Origin: Felis catus
Lineage: Eukaryota
Length of the DNA: 64,000 nucleotides
NCBI RefSeq assembly: GCF_018350175.1
Contig: NC_058382.1
Coordinates: forward strand, 58,964,001 to 59,028,000
Direction: 5' to 3'
Both the position numbers and the translations under genes were made by a program. Every line of letters begins with the position of its first letter. The first letter of the stretch is position 1. Under the pieces are notes generated by a model that saw only the letters and a program-made list of their open reading frames with translations, made no database searches and was not told where the DNA came from. Shown here one piece after another: positions 16,912 to 29,809 of this stretch.

Positions 16912-17421
16912 TCACAGGTCGGCGACGGCCGGGCGACAGTCAGGCTGTGGCTCCTGCACGCGGCCGCCCGGCAGGTCGCTGGCCCTCTGCCGCCTGGCCA
17001 GTGCCACCGTCAAGGTGGCCGCCCCCAAGCGCAAGCCCTGCAAGCGGGAGACGGCCTGCTGGGCGGAGGCCGGGGCCTGGTAATGCAGGAGGGCCCTGCC
17101 CCGGGGCCCCTGCCAAGTGAGCCTCTGGGGGACCGCTCCGAGTTCTCGGAGGGCTCTCTTCAGCTCGCTCACTCGGGCGTCCCGGGGAAGGTTCCCGACG
17201 CAAACGGTGCCAGTGGGCCCGTCCTCCCCCTGCGCAGGGCAGGGTTCTGGCAGGGGTGGGTCCCGGGGCCCCCGGACGGCGCTCAGGTGAGCTGGCTGCT
17301 GGCTGCTGGCTCCCAGGAGGCGCCGGGGCTCGTCCCGGAGGGTGACGTCTTTCCCAGCCTGCTTCTCTCGGTGACGAAGGCTTTGGAGTACTGGGATTTT
17401 CCCCATCACCTCCCAGCTGAT
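16912..17421 (-). CDS. MTHFSD: MTHFSD exon 8 (last coding exon, C-terminal RRM domain)
   Basis: Acceptor ctctttcAG|ATC. Encodes ISWEVMGKIPVLQSLRHREKQAGKDVTL...VCVGNLPRDARVSELKRALRELGAVPQRLTWQGPRGRALLHY...VADL*, including an RNP2-like VGNL. Confidence 0.93.
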   Translation of the reverse strand: MSWEVMGKIPVLQSLRHREKQAGKDVTLRDEPRRLLGASSQQPAHLSAVRGPRDPPLPEPCPAQGEDGPTGTVCVGNLPRDARVSELKRALRELGAVPQRLTWQGPRGRALLHYQAPASAQQAVSRLQGLRLGAATLTVALARRQRASDLPGGRVQEPQPDCRPAVADL

Positions 17422-19369
17422 CTGAAAGAGCAAAGCAGTCCCAGCTGTTCTCCGGGGGTCCCAACACGGTCACGAACAGAGGAGAAATCAAAGTCACACG
17501 GGGGCCTCTGCCGCACACGCTCAGGTAAGCAGTCTCGGCCATGCTGCCCTAGGGGCCCACCCTGGCCCTCTGGGAAGCAGGACCCCTCGGTCCCCATCCT
17601 GCCCCAGCTTAAGTGAAATCTGGGACCCCGAAGCCACTTCAGACTGTGCCCGACGTGCCACGGCAGCTGGCAGGAGTGGAACGGTTTTCTCTACTCGGGA
17701 AGCAGAAAAGCAAAGGCCTCCTATGCAGAAGGGATAGCGGGGAAGGTCAGTGGAAAGAGGGTGACGGGTCACAGGTGGCAATCCCCCTGGTGACCTCCAT
17801 GATAATCGGGGCTTTCTGCCTCCATGCCAGCCCCTCCTCCCAAGTCCCCACCCTGTGGGTGGGATGAGCTCTTTAACGGGGCTCCCTGGGGCCTCCCCCT
17901 TCTCCCCACTCCTCCACTGGAGGAGCGTTCCTCAGGGACCGGACCTTTCAACGTGTTGCCAAAAATGCAGAGACAAGGCAAAGCTGAAACAGAACGCCAC
18001 TTCTGAAAACACTTTCTAGCGACGGGTTCATCAAGCTACAAAGCAGCACTACACGAAACGTTAAGTCTCAATGAACAGGATTTCTACTTTGGCTCTTTGG
18101 GAAGCTGCAACAAAGGAAGCGGTAAAAGCACCCCGAGACAGGAGGCAGGGCCCCCCTCGAGTACCGGGATGGACAAGTGGGGTCCGCGCACCGAGGGGAC
18201 TGACTCGAGCCCGCTCGCCGCATGGCAGCTGACGGCCCCTCCCCCCCCGGGGCAGCCCTTCAGGTTAGGCTGAGCCTGGACGACTGAACCCGGGACAAAA
18301 CCCGTCTTCTGTCGTTTAAGGAATCACATGGCAGAAAAGGAAGAGAAAGGCACTGGTGAGCCCTTCGTAGCAATCCTCAGTCTTTACAGATGCGTTGTGT
18401 CCTGCGTTAGGGCACAGAGCTTGTACATGACCAATTACAGGGCATGGTGGGCAATGGTCCCCACACGGGACTTCCCACAAACGTGGGCACGTCAGGATAC
18501 GTATCAGCATACGCGCTGGATAGACGTAACTTCCCTCTACAAGTAAATAGCCCACCTAGTAACGATGTTCTCTTTCCATTCAGAACCGTATGTCACTAGA
18601 GTAATGGTTCTTATCCTCGGCAGGTGTCAGACACCTTGGGAGAGGAGCCGGGGTTCCTTCCCAAGGAGGAGTCCCCCGCAATTCTGTGCGCAATTCCCCA
18701 GTCTACTCCGGGGTCTCCAAACCGCAAGGGGCACACAGGCCCCAGGTTAAGGATCAGCGATTTAGAGAAAGGGGCAAAGAAACTCAAACAGCTAAGAACG
18801 GTCGAGCCCCTCCTCACAAACTTCAAGGCTGCTGGTCCTCATTAATTTGGCACCTGGTTCTCTCTCCCAGCACTAAGTGGACAACACCCCCGCCTTGGCC
18901 CACCTCTCCACTGGCTCAGATCCCTCTCCAAACGGACACCACCCTCGCTCCCGGGCACGGCCACGTCAGAAGCCTCTGTGCCCGGTTCTTGCCCACTCAC
19001 GTCCTCCTGAACTCAGCCCCCTGTTCAGAGGAAACCTCCCCCTAATGTTTCCCAGTGTCGAGACGCAAAGAGACAAGCAAAAACCACGTCTGGGCCATGG
19101 ACACATGCCTGAGACGAAGCTTCTCTTTTCTAATCAAAAGGGATCTTTCTTCCGCTGGACTCTCTGCAATTCTCCCGAACTGATTCACTCAAAGGTGACA
19201 GGGCTCCCAGGCCGGTACCCTGGAGGCTCTGGTCCCAAGGCGTCCTGAAGATGGTCTGGTCCAGCAACCAACCCTCCCACACCTCCATTCTACCTTCTTA
19301 AAGAGTTCACATTCCTGTGTCCTTTCAGAGTACTTAAAAACAGATTTAAACTGGTCCTAATCAGATTCT

Positions 19370-19700
19370 TTTTATTTTCTCAGGAATCTCTACACTCGAC
19401 GTGGGGTTTGAACTCACAGCTCTGGGATCAAAAGTCACGTGCTTTTTTTTTTTTAAGTTTATTTATTTTGAGAGAGGGAGAGAGCGTGTGCCGAGAGTGA
19501 TCAGGGGAGGGGCAGAGAGGGAGAGAGAGCATCCCAAGAAGGCTCTGCACTGTCTGCCTGTGCAGAGCCTGACGCAGAACTCAATCTCACAACCGGGAGA
19601 TCGTGACCTGAGCCGAAATCGAGAGTTGGACGCTTAACCGACTGAGCCACCCAGGCGCCCCAAGTCACATGCTCTTCCAACGGAGCTAGCCAGGTGCCCC
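19370..19700 (-). mobile_element. Nested SINEs: full CAN-SINE (about 19444-19661) inserted in an older short SINE
   Basis: Two SINE heads, ending at 19661 and 19700. The inner element is flanked by TSD aagtcac(g/a)tgct. Confidence 0.85.
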
Positions 19701-20203
19701 CAAACTGGTCATATAGGTTCTTCAGGATGTCTTGAAGTTACCAGATCTAGTATTTAGAAAGGATGACCCAACTCGAAGTTGCAATTACAGTCGGAGGAAA
19801 CGTGTGACTACGTACTTCTGTGGCAACGCTGAATGTCGTCCCACCCAACACCCGCGAGGCCAGATCTCCTGGTAACAGCACTTGCGCCAGCACCGGCTCC
19901 GAGCGGTCTTGGCCGGGTGGATCGCCCCACATGCTGAAACCCCCACGTGCTTCTGCCCAGCGAACCACGGGGCTCCCTCCGGCAGAAGCTAGCGTTCTCA
20001 GGGAACCTGACCCAGGGGGCGAGGTTCCACACTCAGGCAGCAGAGATCCATTTAAAAACGCGTCACGTGGGGCAAAAGCACACCCGCTCCGCACCCCACA
20101 GAGGGGTGCTGTATCCCAAGCAGGCACACGTACACACTGCGAATGGCTGAACAAAAATGTTTTCACTGGGTACGCATTCTGAGCTAAGTCTACAGCACCG
20201 CAA

Positions 20204-20212
20204 ACACACTCA

Positions 20213-20251
<39 letters not shown>
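20204..20251. repeat. (CA)n microsatellite
   Basis: Long acacac run with an imperfect 5' part. Confidence 0.95.
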
Positions 20252-20253
<2 letters not shown>

Positions 20254-21139
20254 CTTTACAAGGGGAAATGCCAACTGTGTCACTGTTGCCTAAAACTGCT
20301 GGTCTCAAGACAGGATGGTTTTGGGTAAGGAAGGACAAAGCTCAGCATCGGCTCATGCTTGCACGCCCACACATTCTCAATGGAAAAATCTCCCTAAGAG
20401 GTGGCCACTTTTGACACTTTCCCAGCTGTCTGCCATTTCTGGGCTCTTTGCGGAGCGGCTGGGGCTGACGGCTGTCCCTCAGCTGACACAGAGGCCTCTG
20501 TGCACCGGCTAGACGGGCTGGCTTCACGCTCAGGACAGTCCACGTGGTGCTACGCTGTTTTTCCTGGCTGGCCATTAGGAACATTTGTTACATCTGTGAG
20601 TGTGCCATGTGACACGAAAGATTTTTGCCTATTAACCAAACATACAAATATGTTTCTGCCTTTCAATAACTAATCATTCCATTAAAAGATAGTATAGCGA
20701 ATTGAACTTTCTTTTATGTGCCAAAACCATTCTCCACTGACGTTTTACGAAGATCGTGTATAAACATACGTTCCCTTTAAAGATGAAAAATCCTGTCCCC
20801 TAGAAATACATGCTAAATCCAATACAGATCAGCAGCCTAACTCTCAAGGCACCTGCGGCCAACTCAGAAGGAAGACTCCGGTTCTAACCTTGCCTCCGCC
20901 AACCCCTGGCTTCAGAATTTCACACCTGTTGCTTTTCCTGACTCTCCCTTTACTTGAGCAGAAGATACAGGGACTGGGAGGGAGGATCCTCACTCTGAAA
21001 TGCTAGCACACGTTTGAGCTATTGCTGGCAAAGGAACAGGAACACCGTACGTATTTCTCATGTGACATACAATGTCCACACAAATTACTACTGCCACACA
21101 TGAGACCAACACTTGTCATTCATGGATCGAAAATACTTT

Positions 21140-21366
21140 TATTTAAAAAAAATTTTTTAATGTTTATTTTTGACGGGGGGAGGGAGGGATGGAGGGAGAC
21201 AGAGCATGAGCGAGGGAGAGGCAGAGAGAGAGAGGGAGGCACAGAATCCGAAGCAGGCTCCAGGCTCCGAGCTGTCAGCACAGAGCCTGACACGGGGCTC
21301 GAACTCACCAACAGTAAGATCATGACCTGAGCCGAAGTTGGAGGCTCAACCGACCACCCAGGTGCT
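21140..21366 (-). mobile_element. CAN-SINE (feliform type)
   Basis: T-rich tail, (GA)n, acagaatccgaagcaggctccaggctccgagctgtcagcacagagcc. TSD tggatcgaaaat(a/t)cttt at 21123 and 21367. Confidence 0.92.
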
Positions 21367-24219
21367 TGGATCGAAAATTCTTTCAAATACGGTACTTTCA
21401 AATGAGCAAGGTGAAGCGACTCGAGTAACCAAGCATGCAAGAACACAGCACAGCTAATGAACGTGCTGTCTTCCAAAAGTCATTCCTGCCTTGCAGCATC
21501 TGTTGGCTAATTATAGTGTCTCCTGATTGTAACAGGGCTCGATTTGTACGTCTTTTTGCACAGAGATGATCAAAGGTGTCACTTAATAGAAAAGGCCCCA
21601 CAGGGCCACTCCTTTATAATTATGCTCTTACTGTGGGTGCTGAAGGACCAGGAGGGCAGTGACCGCACACCATCGCCCCATCGCACACCACGCCCACAGT
21701 CAGGAAGAGAGGGGCCGTTTGGGGGTGGCCACGGAATCACTACGCAACACGGGCTAAAATGGTGTTTACTTGCTGGAACACATGATCACCTCCAACCCGT
21801 GCCACATATGCCAGCTTCTGTCCGCACACTTCGGTGCCCACCCATCCTATGCTGTTCAGAGGATGGGGACAGCCCGACAGACGAGCCCACGAGCGCAAGG
21901 AGTCCCCTCCCACCGGGCCAGTTCGGAGCCGGGTGTGGCACGCGTTCCTGCCAGGCGGCTCCAGGCTCAGCTCCACACCGGGGCGTCCGCCGCGCGGGGA
22001 AGAGCGGCCCGTGCGGCCCCACCTCACGCACAGGCAGGTGCTCTGCACCGGCAGCTGGGGCAGGCCAGCGTCGCCCCCACACACAAGCACAGGACTCCTG
22101 ACAACTGGGGCATCGTCTCAGGCGCCTGTTCTTACCCCCTGGGCGCGCGGCAAAGGGAGGCTCGTTGCAGAACCGGAGGCGAGCGCCCGGGGAGAAGGCT
22201 GCTCGCGGAAACCGTCTCTCCTCGGTAGTGCGGACGGGGGGTGCGCGCCCGCTGTGGGAAATTCAGAAAACGGTGAACAGAAATCGGTATCCCCCTCTCG
22301 GAGACGGCTACGGTTCACGCGCGGGCCTACCCCCGCCCTTTCCTGCGCGGGTTCCAGCGCCACGGGCTGAGGACACACGACACCGCAAACGTGCAGAGAC
22401 GTGCACGCTGCCCGTCCACCCGGCACGTATCACACGAGCGTTTCCTCTCACCGTCAAACACTCTCAAAAGGCTGCGTGTACTTTAATGACAGGGTTGGCA
22501 TCTGGGACCCTGACGCGCCTCAGGGCCCTGCATTATACGGGATGCACACATCTCTACCTGAATTTCTAAGTATTTCTCTAGGACAGGTTCCTAGAAGTTC
22601 AATTACTGGGACAAATACAGCAAATCTTTGTAAGTGGAAGGATCGGCCTAAGTCCCCGGCCCCGTTGTAGGTGTGGCTCAGTCCACATCTGACTGTTACT
22701 TCCAGACAACACTGTGATGCGGGATCGGAAAGCGGGCGTCTGTGTCCCGGGACGGCTGCTGCTCACAGAAGAGGTCCCTGTCCCCAAACCCTTTTCCCCA
22801 AGGCATGTGTCATTCTCAAGAAGTCAGTCAACCAGCATGGTGACCATCTGGGAACAGCACTCCCTAACAGCTGTGGATGCTACAGAACTTTTTGTTTCTT
22901 TGAGCCTGTATACAAGGATGACCCTGGCAGAGCCCCATTTCCTCACTGAAGGACAAAATGAGTTGATCCGAGAAAGACAAACATCCAGACGTTGGTCAAC
23001 AGAGTCCCACTGCTCCCCTCCGTCATCAGTGACAACACCTTTCCCACAATTACTGCAGGGAGCAAAGGGCTGGGAAGCAGTCCTTTGATCTGTGGCTTTG
23101 GTGCCAAGGAGCAGTCTCGTGGGTGCCCTGGGTCTCTCTGGAGCTGCAGCCACACCCCGTTGCCTGACCATGTCTCCAGGGTACCCTGAAATAAGTATCA
23201 TGCCCTCCATCTACCCCATTCTAGCTCAGCAGACATCAATAAAGGCACGGGTCTCGCTGTCCTGAGGTCCAGTCCGGTGGGGCCATGCGAGGGGAGCGGA
23301 GGTGTCAGAAACAACCTGGGGCCCCACGCGCAGAGGGCCCCGTCCTGCTTTCCAGATGCTCGTCTGGGTCAGCGGGCAGCCAGGCTCTTGGGCAGGACAC
23401 TGCACTGCTCTGTCGTGACCCACCACCTTGCAGCCCTGGGAGCGGATGGGGCTGTGCGGGGGCTCCAGCCAGAGCTAAGGCCTGCAGGTCACCTTGCACA
23501 TGGCCGTCCACATCTGCCTGGGGGTTCGGGACCCACCTCAATGGCCGGGTCTCATACCGTCCACCGGCCAGCTGGGCAGAGATCCTGGGAGGAACACCTC
23601 CTTTCACCGGGTTGGACCTGCTGGGCCGGGGGCTGAGGGGGTTCTGGGTCCTCAGGCGAGGCAGCTTGTGGCTGGAGCGGGGCAGTCATGGCACCCTGTA
23701 GCTTAGCCAGGGAAAAGTCCCCTGAGTTTGACAGGTCAGCAGGTGAGAGGCCACTCTGAGGGAACAGAGGAACCCACGTGAATAGAGCAGACGCACTTTC
23801 CAGGAGGAACGTCTCTTTCTCCTTCACCAAGAGGCAGTGAAAGGCACACGGTGATAACGCACAGCCACGGAACGACTCGGGCCAGGCCCAGTCTTGGCTC
23901 AGTGAACGTCTCAAAGGGGAACCGCGAGGACTCTGCCAGCACCAACAGCATCCAGGTACGTTTCTCACAATTACTGACTTCCATTTCACGCCTGTGACAG
24001 CCACGCCGGCGACAAAGGGCAAGTTTAGCCGGTGCTTCCGTGCTCTGCCTGTGGGGTCAGCACCGACGCTCTCCACGCTACAGATAAACTAATGGGGGGG
24101 GGACCTGCAGAGGGTGCACCAAGGTCACAGATACAGCGACTGAGAGGCCTACGGTGGCTGCTGAGCTCTCCAAACTACTGCGCCCCCTGGTCACCCGTCT
24201 TTAAAATCACAAAGCACAA

Positions 24220-24429
24220 AGCGCCTGGGTGGCTCTGTCGGTTAAGCGTCCGACTTCAGCTCAGGTCACGATCTCGCAGTTCGTGAGTCTGGGCCCCGCG
24301 TCGGGCACTGTGCTGACAGCTCGGAGCCTGGAGCCTGCTTCCGATTCTGTGTCGCCCTCTCTCTGCCCCTCCCCCGCTCATGCTCTGTTTCTCTCTCTGT
24401 CAAAAATAAATAAAACATTAAAAAAACTT
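24220..24429 (+). mobile_element. CAN-SINE (feliform type)
   Basis: gcgcctgggtggctctgtcggttaagcgtccgacttcagctcaggtcacgatctc...(CT)n...aaaataaataaa. TSD aaa(a/g)tcacaaagcaca. Confidence 0.92.
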
Positions 24430-25085
24430 AAAGTCACAAAGCACAGGCAGAAAAGAGGACAAGGTGGGTCAAGGGCCCCCCCTCCCCACTGCCCAAAGGA
24501 ACTACAGCTGGACAGCAGAGTCCATACCCACTGGCCCCCAAGCGGGAGCACCACGTGCCTCTCTCAGAAGGTGGGGCAAAGGCCAGGGGAATCGAATGCT
24601 GCACAATCTTTGTGTATTAAGAACGAGTAAAAAAAAAAAAAAAAAGAAAATGTATCACACTTTGTACTTATTTCGTAACCTTCATCTGGGAAGTCTACAG
24701 TGTTTAGAAAAAAACTGATTCCAGATATTCCACAAAACAGATGAGAAGCAAACTCGGGGATTCTAATACCCACACGACAACAGTCTACGGGTAGAATATC
24801 CACAGGAGGATATGCCAACATGTATCTCACAGTCCATGTGAAATCAAACTGTATCCTACGACCCAACTTCCCCACCCCTTCCCAAATCCTCAGTGGAATT
24901 CAGGGGTTCCCAATGTCAGTGAAAATTCCTTCCGGCGGCACACAAAGCGAGGCCAGAACAGAAGCCCCAGGGACTGGAGAAAGTTGCTGCTTTCACATGA
25001 CCCCGTGCAAAGGGACGCCCTGCGGTGGGAGAACTAACACAGGACCCCAAAATGAGAAATGGCCTTTTAAAAGTTTGAGATTCTT

Positions 25086-25293
25086 GGGGCACCTGGGTGG
25101 CTCGTTGGTTAATGAAGCATCCGACTCTTGATCTCGGCTCAGGTCATGGTCTCACAGTTCGTGAGTTCAAGCCCCATGCTGGGCTCTGTGCTGACGGCAC
25201 AAAGCCCGCTGGGGATTCTCTCGCTCCCTCTCTTTCTCTCCTCCTCCCCCGTCTGCACATGCTTTTTTTCTCTCTCTCAAAATAAACAAACAT

Positions 25294-25332
<39 letters not shown>

Positions 25333-25463
25333 AAGTTTGCGGTTCTTGGGGCACCCAGCTGGCTTAGTCGGTAGAGCATACAAATCTTGACCTCGTGGTT
25401 GTGAGTTCAAGCCCCACGTTGGGCGTGGAGCCTACTTAAAAAAAAAATAGTAAAAATAAAAAA
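25086..25463 (+). mobile_element. Two tandem SINEs: CAN-SINE with a (TAGA)n tail (25086-25329) and a short tRNA-like SINE (25348-25463)
   Basis: Two ggggcacc heads. Target sequence taaaagtttgagattcttg occurs three times. Confidence 0.9.
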
Positions 25464-26884
25464 TAAAAGTTTGAGATTCTTGCTCAGGCCTCATTAGCAA
25501 TCGATCTTCCAGGAAGGGGCTGAAACAGTGGGAGCGTCAAAAACCAGTAAAGGCCCCAACGCCCTACGTACAAAGTATGGCTACTTCTTTGGGATCCCTG
25601 GTTCATTTGGTTTTCTTTTACGCACGAGGAGTTATCTTCACCTAACACGACCAATAACATCACCTGTTGATATTTTTCTTGTTAAAATCAGCAGAATATG
25701 ACCATGGCTATTCCCCAAAGCAACACATCTTTGTTTTTCTTCCTGGAGAGGCCACCCAGAATCTTCCTAATGTGGGCTGCAGTTGGCCTTCCGTCTATGA
25801 AGTGCTGTCCTCCAGGGGACCTGTAGCCTTGCTGTAGTCAGACTCTTGTGTAACCTGCCCCGACTCACATTCTCAGCCGTGAGCAAAGGCCACCTTGCTC
25901 CTGTGACCTGTGTATCAGCCTCCACTCAGAGCAGCTGTGGCCCTGAATTCCAAGGTAAACCCAAGTTCTCAGGAGAGACACCGAGGGACATCTTGATACT
26001 CACTAAGGGTGCCACTGGCTTCCCCACGGCGCTCAGCATGCACTCGGACCCCCACCGGCCCACTTTCAGGTCACGCCTGCCTCTCCTCTCTGCTTTCATC
26101 GGGCTAACCTAGAAGGAGCCCAGAACTGCCTGGCCGTGGCGTCTGTGGGAAGGCCCACTGGGCCGTAGCATTTCATTTTGGTGTCAAGCTTGGAGGTGGA
26201 GGTTACGGGGTCTCCATGCCCAAGGGGAGGCTGCTTTCCAACTCTGGACAATTCGGGTTCCAGGGATGGAAGGTGTGGAACAAAGGCTTCAGTCCATACC
26301 AAGCCCAAGCCGTGCCCGTCTCCTCAGTAGCTCTGGCTGCTCGCCAGCAGGCGGGGCCCTAACCTGCAGGCTGGCCTCTGGGACCGACTTCCTACCGCAG
26401 ACTATCGTGCCGTGTGCCGTGCAAATGCTGCGGATAAAAGTCACCAAGGCATCAGCTTACGAAGGCCACGGGTACCGCGTGGACAGCCAGGTCACACGAG
26501 ACAATCCGGGACTCCCAGCGAGAAAGCCGATGAGGCAGCAGGAGGCTGTGGCCAGGACGGTGGCACGCAGCCCTGAGATGAGACCCGCCAGCAAGGGTGT
26601 CGGGGCACCGGCCCTCCGAGTGGGCAGCTCTTTCTGCCATGGACAGCTGGTGCCCTGCGGCGGGAGACCTTGCACCTGCCTGCTTACCAGAATCCCACAG
26701 GTTTGCAAAGAATATTCTTGGGCCCATGCCGGGAGACAGATTCACAGGAGCTCAACTGTTCAAAAGCTCGCGGGTGACTGTAACGCACAGACACGCCAGG
26801 CCTGGGGACAGCTGCCATGCCAAAGGATGCCACACAGGAGGGGATGCCTCTGAGCTACAGGCCACCGCCGGCCACGGCACCCAC

Positions 26885-27010
26885 CTTGGACCATAAGATT
26901 CCCGTTGGCTTTGGGCGCTCACACCCTGTGGCAATGACTCTCGTCGGAGTGAGAATGTAGTCCACGGTGAGGTCGTGGTCCTCGAGCAGCGCTTCAGGTA
27001 TGTCGATGAC
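26885..27010 (-). CDS. MTHFSD: MTHFSD exon 7 (126 nt)
   Basis: c[50 protein letters not shown]. Contains the 5-FCL-family HD..VD.I.TP motif. Confidence 0.95.
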
Positions 27011-27274
27011 CTGGTCAAACAGAAGGGGGTGAGGGGGCTGGCGGGCACACGGCTCCCGTGCTCACCGCACACACAGTAGACGCACGTGCCAGGCCCGAAG
27101 GGAGAAGGCCTCACCGCCATGCTGCCAAACAGATCCGGCCCCCGCTGATGGCCACCACTCGCGACAGCCGCGGAGCGAAGGCAGAGACCACTCCGTCTCT
27201 GTCTCCCTCCCTCCCTCCCCTCCCGCTCTCTCGGGTGTGGCAGTGGCTCTGCTGGGCCCGTTCACGGGCAGCAC

Positions 27275-27387
27275 CTGGCAGTCGTGGACGATGGTGACCA
27301 CTGGTGTCTCCGGGCCGACCGCTCCCATCGACACCATCATGGCATATTCCAGATCAGCATAACCTTCTCCCTTCCCAATTCTCCAAC
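27275..27387 (-). CDS. MTHFSD: MTHFSD exon 6 (113 nt)
   Basis: tAG|(G)[43 protein letters not shown]. Contains the R.G.G.GY.D signature of 5-formyl-THF cyclo-ligases. Confidence 0.96.
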
Positions 27388-29718
27388 CTAAGAAACACGC
27401 AGAGCGTCAGTAGTATCTCCGGAGTACATGTTTCATTAGGTCACAGTGGAAGCAGAAACCCGGACTCAGTATCCCCAGCCCCTCCTCAGAAACTGCCACA
27501 GTGAACCCACGGGCGGGCGGCCCCCCAGTAGTGGGGTTCAGGGGACAGAAGACACTGCGCATGCACAGCGGTCAGCACGCAGTGACGTGAACCTCGAGCC
27601 CTTTAAACGTGTTACAAGAGGAAATGGAACCTTGTTTGTATGAGCAGAACTCAGGTTTAAAAGTAACGAAAGAGCAGTTTCTAAAAAGATTAAGAACAAA
27701 TTTCTACTAAACACAGAATCTTTTTAAGCTATTTCTCTTGGAAGAGAAATAAAAACGAAAATGAGGGACAGGCGATTTAAGACGGCATCCCTTTGCCTTG
27801 TGAAAAGTGCCACAGGAGGGCGGGGCCGGCGGCCCTGGTCCCAAAACTGCAAAGTCCGAGGTGGGGTGAGCGGAAGGCTGAGCCCGAGGCTGGACGAGAA
27901 GCTACACGGCAGGAAGGAACGCGGCAAGACGGAACCTGGCTCCCAAGAGGATCGACACCGTGCCGTTAGGAAGCCCGTGACACTGCAGAAATCCTGACTT
28001 CGGCACAACCTCAGCATCAGCATCATCACAAAGGGCATCAGTGCTCATGGGTCTAAAATGCTGGTCTGTCACGCGACTCTTACAGTCACCAACGTCCAGC
28101 CACGCGTGCAAATACACGAGACAAAGACAGTTCCACGCAGAATTGTCTGAGTCACAAAGGATGTGGACAGTCTGCACGAAGAGACAGGCAGGTGAGCAGC
28201 AAACACAAGAAATGACCACCTTCGCTCACCATGGAATGCAAATCAAGCGGCAGGTGGCACACGACTGCTCACTGTGGGACAGGTAAGCACCAGAGCGTGG
28301 TTATTCTAGTTACTGGCACAGGAGCAGGGAGGGAGGCGAGCTGTACAGGGCTGGGGATGCGAGGTGGGTTATGTGGCTACAGCCACCAGGGTTTAAAAAT
28401 CCACCCTTTGCCTCGGCAATTCACTTGCTAGGATTATGCCACGGAAAGCCCTGGAAGGCACCACCGACTCAACCCCAGGACTCTGGCTCCCTTTAGTGTT
28501 ATCTGTAAGGGAAAAGCCAAAACCCAACCCTGGTGACACCTTAAGTGCCCATCAGTCTGCAGGGACGGACATCATCCGGCAGGACACACAGTGCCGTATG
28601 TGCTGCTGCCCCCTTCTGGGGAAACAGAGTCAGCACAAACCACCCCAGAGAGAACGCAGGACGCGTGTGGACTCACAGACACAAGGAACTACGGACGGTG
28701 GACGCCCGGGAAGGGCACGGGTGATGCTTTGAGAAGCGCCTGATCATCTTTGAAAAGAAGGCCCTGCTAACTGCCCCTTGCCAAGAGCACGGCCCCAAGC
28801 CTGTCCCCGGGCCTCGCGGCCTCTGGGAAGCCAACCCCAACCTACCCAGGGCTGTGCTGCCCCTCCTCCTCTCCTCTCCTCTCCCGCTGCACCCACCTCC
28901 GCCACCTGGCACGTAAGGGCCAGCCCTGAGGTCGCTTCCCAGAGGATGCCCAGCTCGAGGCCTTAGGGTCACTCTGCTGACCCTCGCCGGTATCAGGGCT
29001 CACTTCTGCGTCCGGCACTGAGCACATCACGCCACAGTTCAGCCGCTGTGTCTGCTCTTCCCAGGCCCTGCGGCCCAAGGCAGAGACCACCCAGAGCTGG
29101 CCTGACACGGGGCCCACAGCAGGCACCCAGGAGACGTGTGCCTCTGGGGACCCAGCCCCAATGACACAGACAGAGCGCGTAACTGGAATACAGAGAAAGC
29201 AAAAGCGCGAACGAAGCACTACGACAGCTCCCATACTAACTAGGGCAGAGTGAGACACAGAGGCGAGCCCCCCGCCCCCCGCCCCCACTCCCCCCTCCGA
29301 ATGGCAAAGCACCAGGCCTCCCGGTCAGGCTCGGGACAACACGCGTCGCCCAGAGGCCGCCGCTTCCTAACGGAAACAAAGTTTAGAGCCTGACGTTTTC
29401 CCATTCACTGGAGGTTCTCCAAAACCGACCATTACTGACACACTACACACAAGTCCAGCTCTGGTTCCAGGTAGCTTAAGAACAGAGGAAATATCTCTCA
29501 CCACCTGAACAGAGATGATGTCACTTTATTTTTCCTGCTAAGAAAAATGAAAACACTGTAAAGGTATTGAGTGTGAGGGACAAAATGAACGAGAGAGACA
29601 GTGGTTACTCAGAGGACAGGAACGGGTCCAGAAACTGAAATTACTTACCGTCAGGGTCTAGGAGACGGACAGACAGCAGAATGCCACGCTGCAGGTCACG
29701 GTGCGATTTTAACCTTAC

Positions 29719-29809
29719 CTTTTTCAGAAACGGCAACGGACCCCACCACCACCAAGTCCACAAGGACCCTGGAATCCAAGCCCACGGGGGTGCTGTAGTT
29801 GCGCACGCC
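29719..29809 (-). CDS. MTHFSD: MTHFSD exon 5 (91 nt)
   Basis: tttgc[32 protein letters not shown](G)|GTAAGG. Confidence 0.95.

Noticed and set aside
29495..29515. Possible 3-nt microexon (TTCAG|GTG|GTGAGA on -)
   Set aside because: The motif is too short to distinguish from chance.
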